Assembly: GCA_017609625.1 (NCBI GenBank)
Contig: JAFCDN010000004.1
Span: forward strand, 948-64,947
Origin: Candidatus Iainarchaeum sp.
GTDB lineage: Archaea; Iainarchaeota; Iainarchaeia; Iainarchaeales; 1-14-0-10-31-34
Direction: 5' to 3'
DNA: 64,000 nucleotides
A program made the translations under genes and the position numbers. Below the pieces are notes generated by a model that ran no database searches, was not told the DNA's origin, and was given only the letters and a program-made list of their open reading frames with translations. Positions 9,408 to 18,046 of the stretch are shown here, one piece after another. Each line of letters opens with the position of its first letter. Within the stretch, counting starts at the first letter, position 1.

Positions 9408-10097
9408 TTATAGAATTTTTGATTCAATATTTCCTTTGGTTAAATGCGAAAGTTCATTCAATAAATCTTCTTTTGCTCCTGAAGGCAGTTCTAACACAGC
9501 CACTAAAGAACCGTCTGACTGCCATTCTTCATTTTGTATTTCATATTTATGCAAAACATTGCTTGCTTTTGCTGCATGTTCTGCCGGAATTTTGAATGCT
9601 ATCTTTATTTTTTCCAAAGAAATTGGAATCAAAGTTTTAATCTTATTCATTATTTCCGGCAGTTGTTCTTGAACTGTTTTTCCTGCATCCAAATGAACTT
9701 TTGCTTCTTCTAAAACATTTTCAATTCTCTGTGGAGGGTGGGGCGTTTTAGTCTGAGGGTTGATTGCGTTTCTTGAAATAAAATCTATTAATTCTTTTTT
9801 TCTCTGCTCTAAAATCTTTTTCCTCTGCTCTGTTGTTAACTGCACTCTTCCTTCTTTTATTATTTTTTCAGCAACTTTTTCTATTTCTGTTGTTCCAAAA
9901 GCTTTTTTTATTGCTTCAGGCGAAGCTTCAGTTCCTTTATTTGAATCCTTAAATATTGTGTCAATTGCCAAGAGTTCATTAAAGTTTACTGTTTTCCCTT
10001 TTTTTAATTCCATTGAAAGGTCTGGGTCAACCAAAACCTCAAACTTGTCCCCTTCTTTTTCATATCTTGCTATTATTGCTTCACTGACTTTTACCAT
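9408..10097 (-). CDS. sdo1: ribosome maturation protein SBDS (Sdo1)
   Basis: 229 aa; SBDS N-domain (YEKEGDKFEVLVDPD) and overall length match; adjacent to psmA as in other archaea. Confidence 0.85.
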   Translation of the reverse strand: MVKVSEAIIARYEKEGDKFEVLVDPDLSMELKKGKTVNFNELLAIDTIFKDSNKGTEASPEAIKKAFGTTEIEKVAEKIIKEGRVQLTTEQRKKILEQRKKELIDFISRNAINPQTKTPHPPQRIENVLEEAKVHLDAGKTVQEQLPEIMNKIKTLIPISLEKIKIAFKIPAEHAAKASNVLHKYEIQNEEWQSDGSLVAVLELPSGAKEDLLNELSHLTKGNIESKIL

Positions 10098-10151
10098 AAA
10101 AAAAACCTTTGTTTTTTCAGAAATTCAGCTGAAAAGATAAATCAAAAAACA

Positions 10152-10883
10152 TTATTTTTTTGCTGTAAATTTTAAGAGTTCTTCTTTTGAAAGCCTTTTT
10201 AATGCAGTTCCCTGCTCTACAAAAGCAAAATCAACCCTGTTTAAGTCAAATTTCTCGTTTTCCGGCACTCCGGCTTTCAAAGCTTTAATCATTAAATTAA
10301 CTGAATCTGCCTTCAGCATATTATCCTTAAAACCTGCTTCTAATACTTTCATTGCCTCTTTCTTGTTTCTTCCTATTGCTACAGCTTTGTATTCAGCTAA
10401 AGCTCCTGAAGGCTCTGTTTCATACAATTTTTTTTCTCCTGTTGGATCTATTCCTCCAAAAATAAAACTCACTCCAAAAGGACGCATTCCACCGTATTGA
10501 GTGAAAATCTGCATTATTGCTGCAATCCTTTTCGCTAAAGTTTCAACATGAATGTCTTCACCATAATAAGCCTGGTTTTCCTGGCTTTCTTGTCTTGCAA
10601 TCTGCACTAATCTTCTTGCATCTCCAACCAAACCAGAAGAGATTGCAGAAATATGTGAGTCAATTAAAAACAATTTTTCAATTGATTCAGGCAAAATCAA
10701 AGAGCTTGAAGCTTTCTTGTCTACTCCAAATAAAACTCCTTTATCATAAATAAATCCTATTCCTAAAGTTCCCTGCTCTACAATCTTTGAAGCATATTCT
10801 ACCTGATACAGTCTCCCGTCAGGCGAAAACATTGTTGCAGCTCTGTCGTATGCCGCAGTTGAAGCTTTAGAACCAGGATACAA
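10152..10883 (-). CDS. psmA: proteasome alpha subunit
   Basis: 243 aa; YDRAATMFSPDGRLYQVEYA N-terminus and the proteasome alpha signature. Confidence 0.9.
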   Translation of the reverse strand: MYPGSKASTAAYDRAATMFSPDGRLYQVEYASKIVEQGTLGIGFIYDKGVLFGVDKKASSSLILPESIEKLFLIDSHISAISSGLVGDARRLVQIARQESQENQAYYGEDIHVETLAKRIAAIMQIFTQYGGMRPFGVSFIFGGIDPTGEKKLYETEPSGALAEYKAVAIGRNKKEAMKVLEAGFKDNMLKADSVNLMIKALKAGVPENEKFDLNRVDFAFVEQGTALKRLSKEELLKFTAKK

Positions 10884-11014
10884 AAAAAATCACCTAAAAA
10901 AACTTTTGAAAAAAGTTTTATCAAAAAAATACTCCTTTTTTCTTCTTCTTATTTATTTAAAAACGGATAATTATATAAAAGGAACTTTAACAGGAAAAAA
11001 ACCGTTTAAATCGC

Positions 11015-11362
11015 TTAAACAAAGCTTTTTGCTTTTTTCACTGTCCCAGAGGTTTTCAGGGTTTTTGGCACTACACTTGCTGCATTAACTTCCTTCAATA
11101 AAAGAATCCCTGCTTTTAAGTCTTCTACTGCAGTGTGCCTGCATTTTAAAATCCCCCTGGAGCTTTTTGAATTAAACAAAATAAACTGGTAATTCATTTT
11201 TGAAACTCCAAGCTCTCCAAACAGTTTCAAAAACAGTTTTTTCACTGCAAAAGAAACATCTTTTTCTCCTAAAGATTTTTCTGAATCTAACTGAAAAACA
11301 AGATATCTTTTCTTGTCCCTCAAAGAAAGCGGGATTGGATTTAATGATTTCTTTTGTTTCAT
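11015..11362 (-). CDS. rnp2: RNase P protein component 2 (Pop5 family)
   Basis: 115 aa; LRDKKRYLVFQL matches the Pop5 N-terminal motif; upstream of psmA as in the archaeal superoperon. Confidence 0.55.
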   Translation of the reverse strand: MKQKKSLNPIPLSLRDKKRYLVFQLDSEKSLGEKDVSFAVKKLFLKLFGELGVSKMNYQFILFNSKSSRGILKCRHTAVEDLKAGILLLKEVNAASVVPKTLKTSGTVKKAKSFV

Positions 11363-11949
11363 TCAACTACCTTTTCATATTTTTTCTCTAAAAACCCTTT
11401 AAAAGATTCCAGGTCTTTAAGTGAACGCAGTTCACTAATATTTGATGCAAAAGAGATTACTCTTGCATTTAATTTAAACTTTTTCATTAACTTTAAGGAA
11501 AAAGAGTAATTTCTAAGCAAAGAAATATTCAGATAATCTTTTTTCAAAAACTGAGAAAAAGGAATCAATATTTGAGTTTTATTTTCTTTTGCTATCCTTG
11601 CTGTTGCAGTATCAAAAGAAAGCCTTCCTTCAACACAAGGCTTAAACAGAAAATCTATTTTTTTGTTTGAAACAGCAAAATTGTTCAGAAAAACATTTCC
11701 GCCTAAAACTCCAACAAAATCTGTTCTGTTTTTAAATACATTTAGTTCCTTTGAGTTTGCTTTAAGCAATAAGTGACAGGTGAAGAATTTTACTGAGAAT
11801 TTTTTTTCTTCTAGTTCTTTTTTTAATTCATTTAATTCTTTTTCTGAAAAGTTTCTGCACAAAACAACTTCGGCATTCCCTAACTGTTTTTCTTTTTCTG
11901 CCAGCTGTTTTAAATCAAATTTTTCTGAGTAGAAAATAAAGTCTTGCAT
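11359..11949 (-). CDS. rnp3: RNase P protein component 3 (Rpp30 family), probable
   Basis: 196 aa; position upstream of pop5 with a 4-nt overlap; TIM-barrel-like pattern; assignment rests mainly on synteny. Confidence 0.45.
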   Translation of the reverse strand: MQDFIFYSEKFDLKQLAEKEKQLGNAEVVLCRNFSEKELNELKKELEEKKFSVKFFTCHLLLKANSKELNVFKNRTDFVGVLGGNVFLNNFAVSNKKIDFLFKPCVEGRLSFDTATARIAKENKTQILIPFSQFLKKDYLNISLLRNYSFSLKLMKKFKLNARVISFASNISELRSLKDLESFKGFLEKKYEKVVE

Positions 11950-11979
11950 AATAAAAAATAGAATGAAAAAAGTTAATAA

Positions 11980-12579
11980 TTAAGCTTTTCTTTCATTGGC
12001 TCTTCTGCTTGGCCTGTTTTTATGGGTTGTTTTTCTTTTAGATTTTAATCCTCTGGATTTTTTTCCTGCAGAAGTCAAGCCTCTTTCGCTTCTTCCTTTA
12101 TGCTGTTTTTCTGTCATCCACTTTAAGTCTTTGTCTGACTTGATTTCTGGAGCACTGACATCCACTAAAATTACTTCAAAATATTTGTGTTTGCCGTCTT
12201 CTCCAATCCAATAAGAATTCAATACTTCACAGTTAGGGTATTTTTTTGAAGCTCTTGCTTCAGCCATTACCTGAATGCTTTTTCTTCTGGTTAATTTAGT
12301 AAAACCCATTCTTTTTGGCCTTCTTCCTCTTGAAGGCCTTGTTTTTGTTCCAGAGCCTTTTCTTACTCTGACTCTTACAGCAAAAATTCCTTTTTTTGCT
12401 TTATACCCTAAAGTTCTTGCTCTAGGAAGATTAGTTGGTTTTTCCAGACGTACAACAGAATCTTTTTCTTTTCTAAACCCTATTAATCTTTCCTTATTCA
12501 GCCTGTTGTAGTCATATTCTCCTTTTTCTCCAGAGAATTCTTTCTGGAAAGTTTCTTTTACGAACTTACTGTAAGACAT
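11980..12579 (-). CDS. rpl15e: ribosomal protein L15e
   Basis: MSYSKF...GYKAKKGIFAVRVRVRKG... unmistakable L15e; start taken at MSYSKF, three codons inside the track ORF. Confidence 0.85.
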   Translation of the reverse strand: MSYSKFVKETFQKEFSGEKGEYDYNRLNKERLIGFRKEKDSVVRLEKPTNLPRARTLGYKAKKGIFAVRVRVRKGSGTKTRPSRGRRPKRMGFTKLTRRKSIQVMAEARASKKYPNCEVLNSYWIGEDGKHKYFEVILVDVSAPEIKSDKDLKWMTEKQHKGRSERGLTSAGKKSRGLKSKRKTTHKNRPSRRANERKA

Positions 12580-12700
12580 TAAAATCACAAATGAAAAAAT
12601 GGAATAAAATCAGTTTTAATTCCTTAAATAAACCTTAAAGCAAGAGATTTTAAAGCTTACCTTTAATCCTACAATACATAAAAAAACAACCTTTCAGGAA

Positions 12701-13621
12701 TTGATAATGGCTAAATGCGACAAGTGCAGCAAAAAAGCAAAACTGTTTTTAGCGTATGGCCCGCACAATTTTTGTTCAGAACATTTTAATTCTTTTTTTG
12801 AGCAGAGATTCAGGAAAACAATCAGAAGATATAAAATGCTCAAAAAGAATGATACAGTTGTAATAGGAGTTTCAGGAGGAAAAGATTCAGCCGTAACACT
12901 GCATTTGTTGAACAAATTTTATTCAAGGCCTCAGACAATCAAAGCATTAATTATTGACGAAGGTATTCCAAACTACAGGGATAAAGCAATAAAAATTGCA
13001 GTAAAAGAAGTAAAAGAAAAAGGAATTGAATTCAAGATAATGTCATACAAAGAAGAATTAGGAATGCAGATGACTGATGTAATGAAAAAAACAGGAAGAA
13101 AAAAAGTTTTAGGTTCAACCTGTGCTTTTTGCGGGCCTTTCAGGAGAAAATTATTAAATGACGGAGCAATTGAAATGCAGGCAACAAAACTTGCCACAGG
13201 ACATAATTTAGATGATGAAATCCAAAGCATTGCAATGAATTTTTTTGACAATGACTTAAAAAGAATGTCAAGGCTGGGGGCAGTAACAAAAGGAGGAAAA
13301 AAGCTTGTTCCAAGAATAAAGCCATTATGCCTTGCACCAGAAAGAGAAATTATTGCATATACTGAGTTAAATGAAATAAAATACTTTAAAGAGCATTGCT
13401 GTCCTTTTTCCTGGCAGGCAAAAAGAAACGAATTCAGGTCAATGTTAAACAAAATGGAAACAAAATTTCCCGGAACACATTATTCAATCCTTTCAACTTT
13501 TGAAAATCTTAAACCACTAATTAAAAACAGATTTAAAGAAGAAAAATTCTGCAAACAATGCGGTTCTCCTAGCTCAAAAGAATTGTGTTCTGTTTGTGAG
13601 AAACTATTAAAGCTTGCGTAA
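12701..13621 (+). CDS. PP-loop ATPase of the TtcA/TtuA/NcsA family (tRNA 2-thiolation)
   Basis: 306 aa; PP-loop SGGKDS; N-terminal CxxC...C..H and C-terminal CxxC...CxxC zinc fingers typical of TtuA/NcsA. Confidence 0.65.
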   Translation: MIMAKCDKCSKKAKLFLAYGPHNFCSEHFNSFFEQRFRKTIRRYKMLKKNDTVVIGVSGGKDSAVTLHLLNKFYSRPQTIKALIIDEGIPNYRDKAIKIAVKEVKEKGIEFKIMSYKEELGMQMTDVMKKTGRKKVLGSTCAFCGPFRRKLLNDGAIEMQATKLATGHNLDDEIQSIAMNFFDNDLKRMSRLGAVTKGGKKLVPRIKPLCLAPEREIIAYTELNEIKYFKEHCCPFSWQAKRNEFRSMLNKMETKFPGTHYSILSTFENLKPLIKNRFKEEKFCKQCGSPSSKELCSVCEKLLKLA

Positions 13622-13882
13622 TTTTTTTATTGAATCTGTGCGTTCATGAAGAAAATTTAAAAGATTTACTTTAAGTTTTTCTACAAGATAAGTATTTCCT
13701 GCTTTCAAAGCCGTATTAATATCTGAATTTAATTTTGCAATCCTTTTATTAAGTCTTGAAATCTTGTTTTGAACTCCGATAACAGCAGGTTTTTTTGGGT
13801 TTTTTCTTCTTTTGGCCCAATTTTTTGATTTTCTGGAAGCTCCTTTCTTTAGGCGAGACATAATAAAATAAAGCCAAAACAA
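13607..13882 (-). CDS. small basic protein, unknown
   Basis: about 83-91 aa, very basic (K/R-rich N-terminus), not recognised; may be ribosomal-like. Confidence 0.3.
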   Translation of the reverse strand: MFWLYFIMSRLKKGASRKSKNWAKRRKNPKKPAVIGVQNKISRLNKRIAKLNSDINTALKAGNTYLVEKLKVNLLNFLHERTDSIKKLRKL

Positions 13883-14018
13883 CTATTTATGCCTTTTGCA
13901 CTACACAAATAAAAAATTAACTAAATAGAAATGTTAATGCCAAACTAATAATTAACAATTTACGGAGTGTCAGTCCGACTTTATGTCGGACATCGTGCTC
14001 AAACGGCGAAACGTTTGA

Positions 14019-14090
14019 GGACCTGTGGTCTAGTGGTATGACGTCTGCTTGACGTGCAGAAGACTGGCGGTTCGATTCCGCCCAGGTCCA
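14019..14090 (+). tRNA. tRNA-Val (anticodon GAC)
   Basis: GGACCTG acceptor pairs with CAGGTCC; anticodon arm TCTGC-TTGACGT-GCAGA; T arm GGCGG-TTCGATT-CCGCC; no encoded CCA. Confidence 0.85.
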
Positions 14091-14204
14091 TTCGCGGTTC
14101 CGTCCGCGAGCAACGGGGCACGACTTTCAGTCCTGCTTGTTTTCGCAAAGCGAAAACGTTTCTTTTGGGCAACTTGCACTTTTCTTTGTGAAAGAAAAGG
14201 GCAG

Positions 14205-16043
14205 TTAGCGTATTCCGGAGACTCCAGAAACAGCTTTCTTTTTTCCTTTTTTGAATAAAACTTTTTTTGCTTTAATTTTTTTTGTTTTTTTAAATACAGT
14301 TTTTAATGATTTTTTTGCTACTGCAACTTCTTTTTCTCTTAAGTGTTTTTGCTCGTCTAATTCTCTTACTTTTTGCTTTAAAGATTTTGCTTTGTTTAAT
14401 TCCTCTATCTTTAAGCCCATTTCTTTTGCAAAAGCTTTTTCAAATGAATCTAACTCTCTTATTTTTGTATCAATTTCATTTATTCTTTTGTCTATTTCTT
14501 TTTCTTTTGTTTCAGTCATTAATTCCAGTTCTTCTTTTTCTGCTTTCATTGCATCCAGACTGCTTCTTATTGTCTTAACAAACTGTTCTTTGAATTCATC
14601 TAATTCTTTTACTGTCTGGTTTATTTCCTGAAGATTAGTGTTTTTTATTACTTTTTTTTCAAAGCTTTCCAGTTCTTTTTTCCTTTGTTTGAATAATTCT
14701 TCCAGTTGCTGTTCAGATCCTGTTTCTGATTCAGCCAACTGGGCTGCAATAAATCTTTTTAATTCCGATTTAGTGTTTTCCAGCTCTTGTATTGCAAGAT
14801 CCTGTTCTTTCTGCAGACTTAATTTAAATGCACTTACCTGTGCATTAAGTTTTTCTTCCAGTTTTTTTGCACTGGAATCTTCTTCTGCTTTTCTTTTTAT
14901 TTCTTCTATTTCCTGAACTTTTGATTCAAGTAATTCATCTATTTCTTCTTCTTTTTTTCTTATTATTCCGGTTATTTTCAACTCAAACTCTACTGAAAGT
15001 TTTTTTATGTTTTCTTCTGTTCTTTTTGGGTCAAGTTTTCTTGCCAGTTCTCCAAATAATGCGAGTTTTTTTGCAAGCTTGTCTGAAACTTCCTGTGTTT
15101 TTTCCAAGGCAATCTCTTCAACTTTTTTTTCTGTATTGGCTACTAATCCTTCAGTTATTTTTGATTCCAGCTCCAAAGCCTTGTTTACCCTGTCATCTAA
15201 CTCTTCTAATTGTTTTGTTGAATCAGCCATAAAATCTTTTGATTCATTCTTTGTTTCTTCTAATTCGTTTTTCAAAGCTTTAACCAAATCTGCTTTTGAT
15301 TTGTCCATTTCTCCCATTTTTATTTGAACTTCTTCTAACAGCTCTCTGTTTTGTTTTTCTTTTGCTTCTGCTTTCTTGCTTGTTTCAGAAACAGCAATTT
15401 TTATTTCTTTTAATGCTGCAAGCTTTAAGTCTATCTCTGAAGTCATTTCTTTTACTTTTGCATCAAGCGAGGAATTGATTTCTTCAATTAGTTTTTCTCT
15501 TTCGGCTTCAAGCTCTAATTTCATTTCTTCTGATTCTTTTTTTAATTGTTCTTCAACTTTTGAATCAATTATTTGATTAATATTATCTCTTATATCTTCA
15601 ATTTCATCCAGCCTTTCATTTATTACTGTAAGAATTCCTTTTTCCCATACCTCGTTTTTTTCTGCGTGAAGCTTTGTTTTGGATTTAACCAAAGGCTTTT
15701 GCTGTTCGTTTAATTTAAGTTTTTTGGTTTTAATTTTCGGCTTTTTTATGGAAGGCGTTGGGATGGGTTTTTCTTTTGTTTTTAGAACAGACAATTTTGG
15801 AGCAGACTGTTCTGCTAATGCTTTCTGAATTTTTTCTTTTACCAAAGATTTTTCTGCTTCTGTTTCTTTTGGCTTTTGCGACACAGGTTTGGTTGCTGTC
15901 TCGCCTTTAGCTTCTATTAAAAGCATCTTTGCTTCTTGTTTGTCTATTCCTACTTCTGACAAATTACTAATTATTTCGTCTTCTGAAACTCCTAAAGACA
16001 TTAATTTCTTTATGCTTGAAATTACAGTTTCCCTATCAACCAT
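14205..16043 (-). CDS. large coiled-coil protein, K/E-rich
   Basis: 612 aa with heptad-rich low-complexity sequence over most of its length; small N-terminal domain; basic C-terminus; no ATPase motifs seen. Confidence 0.45.
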   Translation of the reverse strand: MVDRETVISSIKKLMSLGVSEDEIISNLSEVGIDKQEAKMLLIEAKGETATKPVSQKPKETEAEKSLVKEKIQKALAEQSAPKLSVLKTKEKPIPTPSIKKPKIKTKKLKLNEQQKPLVKSKTKLHAEKNEVWEKGILTVINERLDEIEDIRDNINQIIDSKVEEQLKKESEEMKLELEAEREKLIEEINSSLDAKVKEMTSEIDLKLAALKEIKIAVSETSKKAEAKEKQNRELLEEVQIKMGEMDKSKADLVKALKNELEETKNESKDFMADSTKQLEELDDRVNKALELESKITEGLVANTEKKVEEIALEKTQEVSDKLAKKLALFGELARKLDPKRTEENIKKLSVEFELKITGIIRKKEEEIDELLESKVQEIEEIKRKAEEDSSAKKLEEKLNAQVSAFKLSLQKEQDLAIQELENTKSELKRFIAAQLAESETGSEQQLEELFKQRKKELESFEKKVIKNTNLQEINQTVKELDEFKEQFVKTIRSSLDAMKAEKEELELMTETKEKEIDKRINEIDTKIRELDSFEKAFAKEMGLKIEELNKAKSLKQKVRELDEQKHLREKEVAVAKKSLKTVFKKTKKIKAKKVLFKKGKKKAVSGVSGIR

Positions 16044-16213
16044 ATTCTCACTTTTTGTTCATAAGAATTAGAATACTAGAGAATAAAAAGATTTCTGCAA
16101 ACTGTTTCGGCAGTTTAGTACGAGGCACTATCTTCGCTTTGCTCGATAGAGCTGTCAAGCGAAGCCAGTACAACCTTGTGTTGTACGCTCTACTCCCGCG
16201 AGCAGGCGGGAAA

Positions 16214-16357
16214 TGGACCCTGCGGGACTCGAACCCGCGGCCTCCACAAATTAAGCTCTGCCAAAATATCAACTTTTAGAAAAGTTGCCAATGTGGCGCT
16301 TTCTGGGTTGCAAAACAAAAATTGTTTCCCAACTCTACCAGGCTGAGCTAAGGGCCC
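16214..16357 (-). tRNA. tRNA-Ala (anticodon GGC) with two introns
   Basis: GGGCCCT acceptor pairs with AGGGTCC with a G3:U70 pair. Exon 1 is GGGCCCTTAGCTCAGCCTGGTAGAG. A ~34-nt intron in the D arm (about 24/25) precedes CGCCACATTGGCA(A). A ~36-nt intron lies at 37/38. The gene ends TGTGGAGGCCGCGGGTTCGAGTCCCGCAGGGTCCA. Confidence 0.65.
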
Positions 16358-17475
16358 ATAAAGTTACTTTCAAAATCTTCTAATGAAGTATAGAAATCAT
16401 CAACATAAGCTTTTAATAAAATATTCTGAAGTTTAGTTGCGAGTGTTTTCTTTGTTTTCTTTGATATCACTGCAACTGTTCTTATATCTAGAGAAACAAA
16501 TTCTTTCACAAGTGCTGCAGAACCTATAAGACTATTTATATCTCCTTTACTAACAAAAAAAACTATTCGTTTTCCGTTTATTCTGCAATAATTATCAGGA
16601 ACAACAAAAGTTTTGTATTCTGTTTCTAGTAACTTTTTTCCTTCAGGGCTTAGACCTAAATCCACAAGTATTTTGTTTAATTTTTGCTCTAATTCGTCAA
16701 AATATTGCTTTGACTGAATAGCTGCTCCTTTTTCCAGTAAATTTTTTCTCTCATTTAGTTTCATTTTTAAATACTTGTCTAAATTTGAGGAGTTAAAACT
16801 TCGGTTATTCAAACATGCTGTCCTAACATCATTGAAAACATCTGAATCCATTAAAACAGGAATCATTCCTTTTTCCAAAGACCAAATAAGTAATTCTAAC
16901 GGAAATCTTTCAATTTTATAGTTCAAATCAACTTCATACCATGTTGAAACAAAGAATGGCACTTTATGATGCTGTTTTAAAACTTTATATTTTTCATACA
17001 AAGATAAAACCTCAAAAAATATTGAAGATTTTTTCTTTTTGAATCCAAGAACTTCTTCAATTGCCTTTATCTTGCCATTTTCTCTATAAACAAAATCAAA
17101 ATTAAATTCAAAAAGTGTTTTGTGACAAGCTATATTTAAGCCTAACTTGCGTGTTGTTTCTAAAACTAATTCTTCTCTTTTAGTCATCGACTTATTGGAA
17201 GCACCATTTAATCCAAGTAAAGAGAAATAGTTTTGTCCATATTTTTCTTTTAAGGATTTAACCGCTTTTTTTCTTTTTTCCTTGCTTCCCCAAATTTTTA
17301 ACAGATTAAGCCACCTCTTTCTTTGGATTTTAGAATAAAGTTCTGGATTTTCAGTTTTCATTTTATTGTGCCATCCCGAAAGACCTGAATTTCCCCTGAT
17401 TTTTTTCATTAGCTTGAAAAATCCCTCTTCTCCTAACTTGTTTCTTCTGTTTTCAACAGATTGTTTTCCTCCCAA
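16348..17475 (-). CDS. hypothetical protein
   Basis: 375 aa, no recognised motifs; its 3' end overlaps the 5' end of tRNA-Ala by about 10 nt. Confidence 0.4.
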   Translation of the reverse strand: MGGKQSVENRRNKLGEEGFFKLMKKIRGNSGLSGWHNKMKTENPELYSKIQRKRWLNLLKIWGSKEKRKKAVKSLKEKYGQNYFSLLGLNGASNKSMTKREELVLETTRKLGLNIACHKTLFEFNFDFVYRENGKIKAIEEVLGFKKKKSSIFFEVLSLYEKYKVLKQHHKVPFFVSTWYEVDLNYKIERFPLELLIWSLEKGMIPVLMDSDVFNDVRTACLNNRSFNSSNLDKYLKMKLNERKNLLEKGAAIQSKQYFDELEQKLNKILVDLGLSPEGKKLLETEYKTFVVPDNYCRINGKRIVFFVSKGDINSLIGSAALVKEFVSLDIRTVAVISKKTKKTLATKLQNILLKAYVDDFYTSLEDFESNFMGP

Positions 17476-17484
17476 CTTTGTTCC

Positions 17485-17745
17485 TCAATTCTCTTCTAAA
17501 AGAACAGCTTTTTGTAAAAAATTTTTTCTGCTAGCTTTGTCTAAGTACTTAAGCAATTTTTCAAAGACTTCTCCTTTAAAAGCTCTTTTTCCAGCTCTGT
17601 ATGATTTTAAAGTGGTGTTGCCACAGCCAATTGATTCAACCAAATTTTTCCAAGAAAAATATTCAGAAGATTTTTTGACTGCATAAAAAAGTTCTTGAGG
17701 ATTCTCTAACTTAACTCTCTTTCCAAAAACATCATTCTCTCGCAT
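17485..17745 (-). CDS. hypothetical small protein
   Basis: 86 aa, tightly linked upstream of the 375-aa ORF. Confidence 0.3.
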   Translation of the reverse strand: MRENDVFGKRVKLENPQELFYAVKKSSEYFSWKNLVESIGCGNTTLKSYRAGKRAFKGEVFEKLLKYLDKASRKNFLQKAVLLEEN

Positions 17746-17818
17746 AAAACAAATTAGATTTTCAGATTTTTAATTAATATGGAAGTAAGTTGCCGGTGAT
17801 ACTAAAACAAAAAAAGGT

Positions 17819-18046
17819 TCAGGGACTAATCAGAATTACGGTATCGCCGCGTAAAATCAGTTTGCCGTATTTTTTCTTTGTTTCCCCGTTTTCGAGTTCT
17901 TCTGCATTTTCTAATACAATGTTCATGTGAACATCAAAAGCTTTTAGTGTTCCGCGGAAATTAATGTTTCCTTTTATTACTACTAAAACTTCTTTTCCTA
18001 CTGATTCGTTTAATAAATCAAATGGTCTGCTTGTCATAAAAATCAC
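17819..18046 (-). CDS. Sm-like archaeal protein (SmAP/LSm)
   Basis: 75 aa; Sm1 and Sm2 motifs (VVIKGNINFRGTLKAFDVHMNIVLENAEE ... RGDTVILI). Confidence 0.85.
   Translation of the reverse strand: MIFMTSRPFDLLNESVGKEVLVVIKGNINFRGTLKAFDVHMNIVLENAEELENGETKKKYGKLILRGDTVILISP

Noticed and set aside
14251-16071. many + strand ORFs (60-126 aa) antisense to the 612-aa coiled-coil gene
   Set aside because: They are antisense products of an AAG/GAA-rich coiled-coil coding sequence, giving F/L/S-rich nonsense.
16090-16213. possible second tRNA or split-tRNA half downstream of tRNA-Ala (contains GTAGAGCG like a D-arm)
   Set aside because: No T-loop (GTTCRANT) or acceptor pairing could be found. It is better described as a hairpin island; see the finding on inverted repeats.
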